From assembly GCA_951406725.2 (NCBI GenBank), contig OX597822.1:74710001-74774000 (forward strand): a DNA stretch of 64,000 nt. Reading direction: 5' to 3'. Below are positions 26,000-40,034 of this stretch, in pieces (position 1 is the stretch's first letter; the number at the start of each line of letters is the position of its first letter). The notes under the pieces were generated by a model. The model was not told where the DNA came from. It did no database searches and worked only from the letters and a program-made list of their open reading frames with translations. The position numbers and the translations under genes were made by a program. This stretch comes from Octopus vulgaris (taxonomy: Eukaryota).

Positions 26000-27607
26000 C
26001 TGTCAAAAAATATACACATTTAAACAAACATTAGCATAAAAGATATCTAAGGCGACAAACTGGCAGAACTGTTAGCATGTTCAACAAAATGTTTAGCAGC
26101 AATTTACATTCTGAGTTCAAATCCTGCCAAGGTCAACTGTGCCTTTCATCCTTACAAGGTTGATAGAATAAAGTACCAGTCAAGTACTGGAGTTGATGCA
26201 ATAGACTTACCCCCTCTCCCAATATTGCTAACCTTGTACTAAAATTTGAAACCATTATAAAAAACATTGTTGTGATGTTACAATTTCTGTTGGAATACAA
26301 TACCTTTGTTTCTGTTAATTTTCAAAAATAATGAACGATTTAATAAAATAATTCTACTCTTACTAAGCTGGTGTTCAGAACATAAGCAGACATACGATTT
26401 TGAAGGGTGGTCTTAATTTACACCACTTTAAAACTAAAGTTCATATTTTAGAGCCAGATTAGGGGAGGTCTTAGAAAGGTCGACAGCAAAAGTATTCATT
26501 TCGATCTGATGAAAGCTGAATGCTGTATCAGTCAAACCTTTTGTCAGTCATTATCCAAATAATTAATGTGTGAAAAAAATTATGTAAGCTCATGCATATC
26601 CCATGAAAGAAAGACATGTCAACACTATAAAAATATTGATAGCTGCAAAAGCGGAATTAATATCAAAAGCTAATCTTGATCCCCAACTTAATGTGGAGGC
26701 TGTGTTAGGACAAAGAATACTATGTTATTTACCTTGATACATAAGGACACGTGGTGTTTAAATGCACACATAATTATACCATTGATAGACTAGTAGTATT
26801 CTGTGCTGTAACACAATCTCCACATTAAGTTGGAAATCAAGATTATTTTTTGGCATTAACATAGCTTCTGTTGCTATTAATTATTTTTCTTAATGAGCCC
26901 ATTGGCTATTTGCAACACCAGCGCCTGAATAGACACTGAAATTTTATATATCGTTGATGAGAGATTCGGATGTTATTGTGCTACTGGAGTTTTGTCACTG
27001 AAGAACCCATAGCAGGGTAAAATCACGTGATCTGGCAGTCCCGGTGGCCATAGCTGATGATTCTCATCTGTCAATGATATAATTATGTGTGCTTTTATGT
27101 ACCACAAGCCTTTACGAGAGATCAAGTCAACACACCTGCAGCATCCACAGGGCAGCAGGGGGATACCAAATATTGGTTATGTCTGCCTTAAAGTTCCACC
27201 CTCAGGATTTTCTGCTGGGATTTACTCCCTTAGCCTTTTATAATGCTCAATAAATTACCCCACAAGGCAGCAGTGGTTTATTATTACAGTGGACATGGTT
27301 TGTGTACAACCAGTGCCACTCAGTTGGCCTTCTTAGATGAGCATCTGAAGAGCCGAAGTATCTCATCTGCCCTGGTTCTGTTGGAGTGTCTGTGAATGAC
27401 CTACTCCTAGGGGACATACATATGTATATACATACATTTATGTATATACATACATACGTGCAAACATACACACATGCATATAAACATGCATGCATAAATT
27501 CATTTATTCATTCATTCAGACATACACACATACATACATACATACATACATACATACATACATACATACATACATACATACATACATACACATGTATATG
27601 TACTTAC

Positions 27608-27746
27608 GTATATCCGAGCATTTTACAGACAACATGTGCCTCTTTGTCTGTCCAGCCGTTATCACAAATTGATCCCCAATGGTTGTTGAAGCTAATCTCC
27701 ACATTACCACTGACATCGTTCTTTCCTCCAGTTAATCTTAACCGAC
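27608..27746 (-). CDS. SRCR domain 9 N-half exon
   Basis: 139 nt, AAG acceptor, RLRLTGGKNDVSGNVEISFNNHWGSICDNGWTDKEAHVVCKMLGY. Confidence 0.92.
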
Positions 27747-28784
27747 CTTGAGAGAAACAAAAAGAAAGAAAGAAAGAAGAGTATTTAGTTGGCTAGGTTG
27801 AGATTTCTGGGCATGAGACGTTTTTGGTTGAATTGTTCTGGCATGGATGATTTGATGTTGACTTACTTGACAGCCCCCATTCTATTGCTTCTTCTATTCC
27901 AATGTTTCTCTTGTTATCTGCTCTTCTCTGTTTATGTGTGTGAGGATATCTCTTTTTATGTGTTTGAGGAGAGGGAAAGTGTTTATGTGTTTATGTCAGT
28001 CGTGTTCAATTTATAAATCGTTATGTCTCTGTCTTCCTTTCCTCCTCTTCTTCACTCTTTCTGTCTATATGTGTATATTTCTGGGCATTTGATTTTTTTT
28101 TTTTATCTTTTACTTGTTTCAGTCATTAGACCGTGGCCATACTGGGGCACTGCCAAGAGGAATCTTAGTTGAACAAATCGACTCCTGTATTTATTTCTTT
28201 TAAGTGCGGCACTTATTCTATCGATCATTTTTGCCAAACTGCTAAGTTATAGGGATGTAAACACACCAACACCGATTGTCAATCAGTGGTGGGGGACAAA
28301 CAGTGACACACACATACATGCATACATATCCACACACGCATGCACACTAACACACACATAGATGTATATATTCAACAGGCTTCTTTCAGTTTCTGTCACA
28401 AGGCTTTGACCATTCCATGGCTAGAGGGGAAGACACTTGCCCAAAGTGTCACACAGTGGAACTGAACCCGGAACCATGTGGCTAGAAAGCAAACTTCTTA
28501 TTTCTTTATTGCCCACAAGGGGCTAAACATAGAGGGGACAAACAAGGACAGACAAAGGGATTAAGTCAATTACATTGACCCCAGTGCATAACTGGTACTT
28601 AACTTATCAACCTCGAAAGGATGAAAAGCAAAGTCGACCTCTGCAGAATTTGAACTCAGAACATAACAGCAGACAAAATATCGCTAGACATTTTGCCCAT
28701 CGTGCTAACGTTTCTGCCAGCTCGCCGCCTTTGAGCAAACTTCTTACCTCACAGCTACGCCTATGCCTGTATATGTGCGCGTGT

Positions 28785-28823
<39 letters not shown>

Positions 28824-29401
28824 TTTAGTGCCAAAATGTGCTGTCACCAAAATGTTCAGTCAGCTGTGCCAAATGATTAGCATTCAAATAACAGTGCCAG
28901 TCGCCTTATTAAGGAGGTTTTCTGTGGGTTTAACTTTAGGTAAAATGCCGTAAGTCTACAAGGAGAGATGAAGCAGGGCTGGAATGGAATGAAAATGTTG
29001 TCGCTGTAATGCTTCCATCTATCCAGTGCCTTTCTGAAGTTTAATAATTATCTGTGTTAGGTGAAGAGAAAAGATGAAGTGGGGAAGAGTAGGTGGGAGT
29101 ATGAGGGAGAAGAGGAGGAGAATAAGAGAGCAAGAAGGGAAGGAAGAGTCATAGGGAGAGGAGAAGATGAAGAGAGGAAGTGGATGATGATGATATTGAT
29201 GATGACGATGATTATGATGATGATGATGATCTTATTGTAGTGTATGACCCAAACTCCATCTTAAAATGGTATTCAAGCTGATGATTACAAAGATTATGAA
29301 GATGATAATGATGATGATGATGAAGGTGATGATAAGGATGAGGATGATGTTGATGCAATAGCATGGAAAATACTCTGTGAGGATGATAATAGTGTACTTA
29401 C

Positions 29402-29565
29402 TGCATTCAACAGCTGCGTCTTTATCATGTTTGCAGTGGTTCAGACCCCAGGGATTTTTCTTGCATTCAGTGAGGGATTTTTCATCGCCGATACATTCAA
29501 CATCTGACAACCAGATACGACCTTTGCCTGCTCCATATTTGGCTGCTTTGTATGCTACACCACCG
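29402..29565 (-). CDS. SRCR domain 8 C-half exon
   Basis: 164 nt, GGVAYKAAKYGAGKGRIWLSDVECIGDEKSLTEC...CKHDKDAAVEC. Confidence 0.95.
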
Positions 29566-31731
29566 CTGCAGTAAATAGATACATACAAACAACAAATGAA
29601 AGACAACAGCCATAGAAACAGCACCCCCACCAACAACAACAATATATTTTTTTACTACCCACAATGGGGCTAAACACAGAGGAGACAAACAAGGACAGAC
29701 AAACGGATTAAGTCGATTATATCGATCCCAGTACGTAACTGGTACTTAATTTATTGACCCCGAAAGGATGAAAGGCAAAGTCGACCTCAGCGGAATTTGA
29801 ACTCAGAACGTAGTGGCAGACGAAATACCTATTTCTTTACTACCCACAAGGGGCTAAACACAGAGGAGACAAACAAGGACAGACAAACGGATTAAGTCGA
29901 TTATATCGATCCTAGTACGTAACTGGTACTTAATTTATTGACCCCGAAAGGATGAAAGGCAAAGTCGACCTCAGCGGAATTTGAACTCAGAATGTAACGG
30001 CAGATGAAATACGGCTAACGTTTCTGCCAATAACAACAACAATAGAAACGACAACACCACCACCAACAACAACAATAGCAATGATATAGATAGCAGGAAG
30101 CATTACAATTTACATCCTTTTGTTTCAGTATCAGTGACAGATTATAACAATTTAGACAAAAAGCAGTACAATGTTATCACCAGAAAGCAGTGCTATGTCT
30201 TTGCTAGAAACCATTATAAGGAGGTGAGCTGGCAGAATAGTTAGTGCACCGGGCAAAATGCTTAGCTGTATTTGGCCTGTCTTTATGTTCTGAGTTCAAA
30301 TTCCGCCTTTCATCCTTTCTGACTCAATTAAATAAGTACCAGTTATGCAGTGGGATTGATCTAAACGACTTAATTCCTTTGTCTGCTTTGTTTGTCCCCT
30401 CTATGTTTAGCCCCCTGTAGGCAATAAAGAGATAAATTTTAAGGCAGTGTGCTGGCAGAAACGTTAGCTTGCCGGGCAAAATGCTTAGCTGTATTTGGCC
30501 TGTCTTTATGTTCTGAGTTCAAATTCCGCCAAGGTTGACTTTGCCTTTCATCCTTTCTGACTCAATTAAATAAGTACCAGTTATGCAGTGGAGTCGATCT
30601 AATCAACTTAATTCCTTTGTCCTTGTTTGTCCCCTCTATGTTTAGCCCCCTGTGTTCAAATTCCGCTAAGATCGACTTTGCGTTTCATCCTTTCGGGGTC
30701 GATAAATTAAGTACCAGTTGCGTACTGGAGTTGATCTAATCAACTGGCTCCCTTCCCCAAAATTTTGAGCTTTGTGCCTAGAGTAGAAAAGAATATATAT
30801 AAACAAGGCAGCGAGCTGGCAGAAACATTAGAACTCTAGGTGAAATGCTTAGCTATATTTCGTCTGTCTTTATATTATGAGTTCAAATTCATATCATGTG
30901 GGTTATACATTTGTTGAGTCCTGTGTTGTGATTAGTTTAGTGTTGTACGAGAATTGGGTCAAAGGTCCAATCATGTTGTGTATAATATATTTCAGGCAAC
31001 TAACCCTGTATGTGTTCCAGGGCCTCCTTTTTTCCATAAATTGGTGCAACAGGTCAGACAGGTGAGAATTTTTCATCAAGGTGAGTTATGCAGATCCTGC
31101 TGTTTTCTCAGAAAAATTACTACATAACGGATCCTATGTAACCAGTAACAACCCAAGCTGAGTTATCAAAACAATGGATGAACAACAACTAACAAAATTT
31201 GTAATGTTTCTTGCCTTGATCCACTTTACGAAAGAATAAAGTCCCACGGTTATTTTAAAGCTGTTTTTTGTTACTTCCACAAATGAACATGCAACATATA
31301 TTATACAAGCCAAGTGAGACTGTAGTCATGGCCGATGCCGGTGTCAGGTCAATGGCACCCATGCCAGTGGCACGTAAAAAAACACCCACTACAATCTCAG
31401 AGTGGTTGGCATTAGGAAGGACATCCAGCCGTAGAAACCTTGTTAAATCAGATCAGAACCTAGTGCAGCTCTCTGGCTTACCAGTTTTCAGTCAAACCGT
31501 CCAACCCATGCCGGCATGGAAAAAGGATATTAAATGATAATGATGATGATGATGATATACATGATTTCAAAGTAAAAACTAGTTGACGCTTTGTGAAAAC
31601 ATTTTATCTGCAATGGGGTTCTGAAATAAATGAAAGCCTATTAAATGGTTTGAAGAGAGGAATATACTAATAATTAAGTGTCCTTAAATATCCCTGTTCA
31701 ATATCACAGAAATAAACAAACCAATTCCTTA

Positions 31732-31947
<216 letters not shown>

Positions 31948-33061
31948 TCAATGTGCACCCAACTCCTGTTACTGTTACATCAACACACTCATCATCATCA
32001 TCATCATCATCACCATCACCACCACTACCACCACTACTACCACCTAATGTACACTTTTCCATACTTGGATGGAAAGGATGGAATTCATTGAGGCAGAATT
32101 TTTACAGTTGGATGCCCTTCCTGTCACCAACCCTCACCTCTTGATTATATTTGTTTCTATTCTAGGCACAAGACTCAAAATTTTTGAGGAGGGACCCAGT
32201 CGATTAGATCGACCCCAGTATGCAATAGGTACTTAATTTATCAACCTCAGTGTAATTTCAAATCAGAACGTACAAACAGATGAAATACTGTTAAACATTT
32301 CACCCAGCATGCTAACGTTTTTGCCAGCTCGCCGCCTTCTTCTGCACATATATATTCTTTTCTACTCTAGGCACAAGGCCTTAAATTTTGGAGGAGGAGG
32401 CCAGTCGATTAGATCAACCCCAGTACACAACTGGTATTTAATTTATCGGCTCTGAAAGGATGAAAGGCAAAGTCGACCTAGGTGGAATTTGAACTCAGAA
32501 CATAAAGACAAACGAAATAGCGTTAAGCATTTCACCGGGTATGCTAACGATTCTGCCCGCTCACCACCTTATAAAGCTTGATTATATTAAAGAATAACTG
32601 AAGTTCTTACTAGGTTGTGAGATACTAGAATATACATACACACATACACTTACACTTCCCAATACAAAGACACACTCAGTAAAACATCAATTGAGTAAAC
32701 AAACTGGTGTGGGAGCAAGAGACATTTAATTACATAGCACTTCAATATGTTAAATGGTAGAACTGATAGTAGTAGTTAACAACAGTAAATAACAGCTGCA
32801 AGTCTGTCTCAGTGGTGGAAATTGAGATCTTGCTGGTGTATTAATTACAAGGTTTCATGTAATAGAGATAAATCATTATCAAAATAACTAATTACAGAGT
32901 AAATTGTGAGTTAATTATGTAATTACACTGCATGTAATGGGCCAAGCAATTTTATATAATTCAAATTACAACCATATTGAAGAAAGAAAAAATAGCTTTA
33001 TGGTTAATTCTGGTCAAGGAAGTCAGGGGAGACAACCTGGAAATTTAATTTTGAATATATT

Positions 33062-33925
33062 CAGGGTGCAATGGGTAAACTGTCGCTATTTTATATTTTC
33101 TATTTCATATATGTACGTTGTTTGTTTTTGATTTTGTTGACTACATAGTATAGTAGGATCAGTTGGGCAACATCTGTGAGAAAAACAGCACCATGACGCA
33201 ATTCACTCTGCCTGAAATTTGGAAACGACATGCTGTACTGTTTGGCATTCACGCCGGAGCACCAGTAGGAACATTTCAAAGTGTTTGGGTTTCAATCTGA
33301 GGACATGTTCTGAGAGGATAAAAATCAAACATCGAGTGAACATCATGGTGTTTGGAGAGATCACTATTGATGGTGACATTAGGCTTCCATTCATCTTCCC
33401 ACAGACTCAGACTCAACACAGAGGCCTATATCAAGTGCCTGGAGGAGGTAGTGTTGCCCTGGATCAAGAGAGTGGCTGCTGAAAAACCCTGTGTCTGGCA
33501 ACAGGACTCTGCACCATGCCACACAAACAGGACCCAGTCATGGCTGTCAGACAATTTCTGCGACCACATCACCCCTAACATCTGGCCACTTAACTCTCCA
33601 CACTGCAACCCCCATGATTATTGTGTGGGGCGCAGTTGAGCAAGAGACCAACAAAACTCCTTGTAACACCAAAGATGAACTGAAGGCAAGGATTATGGCA
33701 GCATTGACCAACTTCAACAAGGAGACTGTCCAGAAGAGTTACAGGAGATTGTGATGTTGTCTGAAGACCATGATTGAAGCCAATGTTGATTTTATTGAAT
33801 AAATTTACTCTTTAATATTTCAAGATATTTTTATATAATTTTGATAAATATATCTGTTAAAATGAGATGTCAGTGTTATTTTCATTTTTGCGTAATTTAG
33901 ACAATAGTTTATTCACTGCACCCTG
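33062..33925 (+). mobile_element. Internally deleted Tc1/mariner DNA transposon
   Basis: TIRs CAGGGTGCA.../...TGCACCCTG with 3' TA. Transposase fragment WQQDSAPCHT...WPLNSPHCNPHDY(C)VWG. Confidence 0.9.
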
Positions 33926-33991
33926 TATATATCATCATCATCTCATTGTTTAACGTCCATTTTCCATGCTAGCATGGGTTGGATGGTGTTA

Positions 33992-34027
<36 letters not shown>

Positions 34028-35249
34028 TGTATGTATGTATGAATGTATGTATGTGTGTATGTATGTATTTGTGTATGTATGTATGTCATGGCACTCTGTC
34101 AGTTATGACGATGAGGGTTCCAGTTGATCTGATCAACGGAACAGCCTGCTCGTGAAATTAACATGTAAGTGGCTGATCACTCCACAGACATCTAATTATG
34201 TAACTTTTAGAAGAAGAGCTTCAGCTCAAAACATCACTTTTATCTAATTGTGTAACTTTCAGAAGAAGAGCTTCAGCTCGAAACATCAAATATACATTTT
34301 TACTTTCTTAACCTCTGAACCAGTATCTGCGCGAAGTGAGGAAATGCTAACACATCAGTATTTGGAAGCGCCTTGTGATATCATATATCAAGGATTGAGC
34401 TAGTACTAAACAAATCAACACTAACAAGAACAAGAACAAGATGGACAATAGCAACAGCAACAACAACAACACCTGCACTCTTAATATTTACTTTTAATAT
34501 TACAAGGCTAGAAATACCTCCTTGTTTATGGGCTTTTAATCAATAGTCACCCAAAAGTATAAACAAACAAACAAACAACGCAACAGAGAACTAACACAAC
34601 ATTCTTTACAAGGTCACTCAAATTGGCTGAAATAATAACCAAGTCTCCTTTGAATAACACTCTGCTGTCTCAAATAGCACAGAACATTTAAGCTCTTTGC
34701 TTCCTATGGAGCATAAACTATTGGTGACTTACCTCTCCTGCTCTCAACTCTAGGCTGTCTTCTCTGCTTCTCTTCAATTGAATCTCTGCTTTTCCAGCTC
34801 TGCCTCTGTAGACTTGGATTTTTCTGTGCCATGTCATATATTTCCCTGAAGGTCAGCCTCCTCCACTGGTTTTGAATTATCATTAATTCTTCTGTAACTT
34901 TGCTTTTTTTCTAGGTAGAGGTGTTGACCCTTGTCAAACCCATTCATACCATATTTGTCTAGCCTCTGATCTTTGACCTGTCCAGCATGGGAGGTCCTAC
35001 CAGGAGCTCATGCTCTACTGGCATGGCTCTCAGGGTCATTGAGACACACATACCACCAGACCATGACAAGGACTGGGACTGGTTGAGAGTACATATAGAC
35101 CTAGATAAAACCGTGTCTCAGTAAAAGACAGGATGGCCACAACTGTAAAGCCTTCAACCAGTGACCATTCCTGATCAGACCAGACCAACAACAACAACAA
35201 CAGCACAAATAAGAAATATCAACGATAATACCAATGAAATGATACTCAC

Positions 35250-35413
35250 TGCAGAGTACTCCAGCATCTTCTGCATGGCTGCAGTCGTGTTTGCCCCAAT
35301 CATTGAATTTGCAGTCTGTTATGAAATGCTCTTTACCGGAACATTTCAAGTCATCAATCCAAATGGGTCCAGTTCCAGGACCGTATCGAGCTTTACCATA
35401 ATAAATAGCACCA
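35250..35413 (-). CDS. SRCR domain 7 C-half exon
   Basis: 164 nt, GAIYYGKARYGPGTGPIWIDDLKCSGKEHFITDC...CSHAEDAGVLC. Confidence 0.95.
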
Positions 35414-35684
35414 CTGAAACATCAAATGGAATATTTACTTTATCTTTAGCGTGTTCGCATTTTCTTAGACTCTGCTTAGGGATTCGTTTGTATCACATTG
35501 CATGTTTCTATGTGGACTGGTCTTATTTGAGTAAATTAAAACTTGGAGAGTAATATAGGAAAGACATTATGAGTGAAAGGGGACAACCATAACAATCGCC
35601 ACTCACATACATAGAGTAATGCATGCATAGGTATATATATATATGTACATACATAAAAGTTTATACACATACATACATACATAT

Positions 35685-35742
<58 letters not shown>

Positions 35743-35965
35743 GTAACAGAAAAGAAGAATTTTGGTTGTCCCCACGTGGTGGATTGTAATGTATATAAGA
35801 AATTAAAAAGGAAAATATGCACACTTACATGGTTATAATATAATTTTTAATGTATCGACCGGTTTCACAATCGCTATTCATGATATAATGTTTAATTTAT
35901 ATGAATATATATTTTTTCTTAAGAAGAAATTTGGTCCATGTTGTTTGTAATGGTATATATTATAT

Positions 35966-36330
35966 ACAGGGTGGGTGAAAATAACTAGGCATAAGAAATT
36001 GCTTACAGAATTTTCAGTGTCACTGAAGTCATGTTGAAAGCATTTTTTAAACAGACAACATTAATAGGGATTTCTTATTGTCTTATTTCTTATTTCTTAT
36101 TTTCCAGATGGTCAGTTGCCTGACTGTTCAGGAGTGAGCTGAGATAGCAGAACACTATGAAGTGTGGAATTCCTTTGTTTTGGTTCAGAGATGGTGGCGT
36201 ACATGGAAAGGTAAGCATGCAACACTACGTCCAGAGACAATGTAAAGTTGTCAGGCAAAGCTGATGACAACATGATTTGAGAAGATAACTTTACCTTTTT
36301 ACAACACTGATCATAAAAAAGAAGAAAAAA
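35966..36330 (+). mobile_element. Tc1-like transposon 5' remnant
   Basis: TA|CAGGGTG start; stop-containing frame MVSCLTVQE*AEIAEHYEVWNSFVLVQRWWRTWKGKHAT resembles a transposase N-terminal HTH region. Confidence 0.55.
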
Positions 36331-36430
36331 CATGTACATGTTTATCTGGGACTGTATTGTCGAAATTAGGATTAAAAAATAAAATATGACAAAAGAACAA
36401 AAGCACAACAAAAAACTTCTAGAATTCTTA

Positions 36431-36616
<186 letters not shown>

Positions 36617-36762
36617 TTATATTTTTTCATACACAGATCATACCTACATGAAGGGTGAGTAAATATGCACACAAACACACACACATACATATATGTATAT
36701 GTGTATATATATATATTATACATACACAATGCACACATGCACACACATATGCACATACATAC

Positions 36763-36830
<68 letters not shown>

Positions 36831-36932
36831 TCGGGGTGAGTACTTGATAATTATAAACACCTGTGTATACCGTTTGGTGGTGTAGGTGGTGGAGTAAATT
36901 GATCAAAATAAAAACATGATGCGAAGGATTCA

Positions 36933-37010
36933 GCGGTACATATGTTTCGGGCCTTTATTAGACAGATTTATAACAATGCATAATGTATGTCTGTGGCCTT
37001 CTTCAGCTGC
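36933..37010 (-). ncRNA. Hammerhead motif in left arm of inverted-repeat element
   Basis: Reverse-complement copy of 37183-37260. Confidence 0.72.
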
Positions 37011-37182
37011 GCACAACAGCTTCCACAAGGACATGTGTTACATCAAAAATTCTTGGTTGGGGATGCAAATCCTCCCATTCGCGTACGACATAATGCGGCA
37101 GCAGCATAGAATTGAAGCGTCCATCTCTTTCTTCTCTCAATGTAGTTTGATGTAACACATGTCCTTGTGGAAGCTGTTGTGC

Positions 37183-37260
37183 GCAGCTGAAGAAGGCCAC
37201 AGACACACATTATGCATTGTTATAAATCTGTCTAATAAAGGCCCGAAACATATGTACCGC
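37183..37260 (+). ncRNA. Hammerhead motif in right arm of inverted-repeat element
   Basis: GCAG-CTGAAGA-AGGCC...GGCCC-GAAAC-ATAT-GTA-CCGC; one mismatch in stem I. Confidence 0.72.
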
Positions 37261-37293
37261 TGAATCCTTCGCATCATGTTTTTATTTTGATCA

Positions 37294-37357
<64 letters not shown>

Positions 37358-37389
37358 GTATATATATACATATATGTGTGTGTGTGTGA

Positions 37390-37441
<52 letters not shown>

Positions 37442-37648
37442 GTATGTATATATATATATGTATGTATGTATAGATCGTTACCGCTAATCCTTTTTCTATT
37501 TTCTCATCCTGTTTATTTTCTTGTTCCTTTCTGTTGAAGAGTGTAGGCATGAAATGTAAAAGACTTTCTCACTTCCCGAGCATTAAACTAATACATCTGT
37601 TGTTGTTTACACACCTGTTTTCGTCTTTTGTTTCTTGTAAATTCTCAC

Positions 37649-37685
<37 letters not shown>

Positions 37686-37794
37686 ATACATATGTGTATA
37701 CATATATTTATTTTTCTCTCTATCTATCAATCTACCTATCTATCTACCTATCTATATATCTATATATCTATCTATCTATCGATATGTATATATA

Positions 37795-37825
<31 letters not shown>

Positions 37826-38184
37826 TTTTATATATACATACATACATACACTCTATTTACAGGATTCATTAGTACCTAGAAGCATCAACATGTAGGATTC
37901 CAGGACTGGTTAGGTACCATAACATTGGATTTCACAATGAGGTAAAAACAACCACAAGGTGTCATGTGTCAAGAGTATACTGCACGCTCATATATACGTA
38001 AGTACCAAAATATAAATTGTAGAGCCCACCCAGGGTTAGTTCCAGGTTTGGTGTGGGTATAAGAAGAATTTAAAATTTACTACATCTGTTTCAATATAAT
38101 TTTACTAAAACAGCTGCAGTAAATTTGAAACACCATTTGTGTTCTTACACACACACACACACACACACATGCACATATATAGAG

Positions 38185-38389
38185 TGGGGAAGGCTGGTTT
38201 ATGGGATTACCTTAGGTTTCCTGCTGTAAAGGGTTTAGCTTTATGGCATATCTTCATATCCCAAAACCTGTTGGCTCCTGACCACTTAAAAATATGGAGG
38301 TCATGAACCAACAGGTGATGATATGCCATAAAGCTAAACCCTTTATGGACAGGAAACTTAAGGTAATCCCATAAACCAGCCTTCCCCCA
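38185..38389. repeat. Foldback/MITE-like hairpin
   Basis: GGGGAAGGCTGGTTTATGGGATTACCTT... versus ...AAGGTAATCCCATAAACCAGCCTTCCCC; about 90-bp arms, short loop. Confidence 0.9.
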
Positions 38390-38672
38390 TTTTTAACATA
38401 TATACTGCTCTATATCTTAGAGTCTGCTTCTTCTTTCAGATTTATGTTTTCTACAAATGATATATATATATATATACATACTCTTTACTCTTTTACTTTT
38501 TTACTTGCTTCAGTCATTTGACTGCAGCCATGCTGGAGCACTGCCTTTAGTCGAGCAAATCGAACCCAAGATTTATTCTTTGTAAGCGTAGTACTTATTC
38601 TATCGGTCTCTTTTGCCAAACTGCTAAACACACCACCATCGGTTGTCAAGCAATGTTGGTGGGATATATACT

Positions 38673-38745
<73 letters not shown>

Positions 38746-38963
38746 GATATATATATACATATATACGATGAGCTTCTTTCAGTTTCCGTCTACCAAATCC
38801 ACTCACAAGGCTTTGGTCGGCCTGAGGCTATTGTAGAAGACACTTGCCCAAGGTGCCACGCAGTGGGACTGAACCCGGAAGCATGTGGTTGGTAAGCAAG
38901 CTACTTACCACACAGCCACTCCTGCACCTATACATAACATTAAGTCACAAGAAATTTGAAGAG

Positions 38964-39067
<104 letters not shown>

Positions 39068-39129
39068 TATATGTGTTAATAACACCTGTAAGGTGCTTTT
39101 AACATTCACCAATGTGAATGAAACCTTGA

Positions 39130-39689
39130 CCAGAAGGAACTGATGTTCATCAGGCATTTTGACCCTAACCTGTAACACCCTCCAGTTGGTGGGTCAGAAG
39201 AGGTGGCCAATTCACTGCTCCTCATCTCCTCCTGGCTTCCAGCTTACCTCTTATCTTTTGCTCCAAAACCAACAAGAGGCTCTTTCAGCTGCCTCTCCCT
39301 TCCTGCACACAGTTACCCTTTGCTCCTTACCTCTCATTCCAATTGCTGTTGGCATACTCCATGCTGACTGAGCAGGGAATCCCCTACAGTTAACCTCGAC
39401 TGGGAAAAGCCACACATGACATCCCTCCTCCCTGCAATCCTGCCGAAAGCTCTCATACTTGGCACACTTCCGTTCATGGGCCTCATCACACACCCCTCTT
39501 CCCACGGAACTTTGAGTCCAATTATGATAATTTTCTTGGCCTTTTCAGACCACAGGATCACATCTGGCCTCAGGGTTGTATGGACAACCTGGGGAAACTG
39601 CAATCTCTCCCCTAAGTTCACTTTCATATCCCATGGTTGAGATCCTTGCAGCAAGCTATGTATTATTTTTGCCAACTTTACTGGGGATA

Positions 39690-39690
<1 letters not shown>
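39130..39690 (-). mobile_element. 3' fragment of RLE-type non-LTR retrotransposon (HERO-like)
   Basis: LRPDVILWS...LKVPWEE / AHERKCAKY...PVEVNCRGF restriction-like endonuclease motifs; frameshifted. Confidence 0.8.
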
Positions 39691-39732
<42 letters not shown>

Positions 39733-39812
39733 AAGGAAGTGAAAACTGTAGTGAAGGAGTGGCTCAAAGAACAGTCAACAGAATTTTACAGGGCAGAGAT
39801 ACATGCTCTCAT

Positions 39813-40034
39813 TTAACCCTTTCGATACTGTATTTATTTTAAGATGCTCTGTGTTTCTTTCAATTACTTTAAATATAACAAAGAATTTGGTATAATTACT
39901 TAGTTATCATTAAGCTAGTTTTAGGAACATGACTTGTGACTAAGGTTTGGTGGAAGATTTTAATTCAAAACTTATGAAAACAAGACATTTGTACTCAGAG
40001 CCGGTTTCAGCCGGGTTGGTAACGAAAGGGTTAA
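39813..40034. mobile_element. piggyBac-like MITE nested in a mariner remnant
   Basis: TTAA-CCCTTTCG...CGAAAGGG-TTAA interrupts the mariner C-terminal frame EVKTVVKEWLKEQSTEFY..IHALI|RWNIAIERNSDYVEK* (about 39730-40180). Confidence 0.85.

Larger units (their letters stand above)
36895..37298. repeat. 153-bp inverted repeat pair with 98-bp spacer
   Basis: 36895-37047 versus 37146-37298, one mismatch seen; lies between (TA)n tracts. Confidence 0.95.

Noticed and set aside
36108-36210. Antisense exon with good AG/GT sites
   Set aside because: Falls within a Tc1-like transposase remnant with an in-frame stop; no partner exons found.
36916-37206. Overlapping 79 and 67 aa ORFs in the foldback element
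   Set aside because: By-products of the inverted repeat; no recognisable motif.
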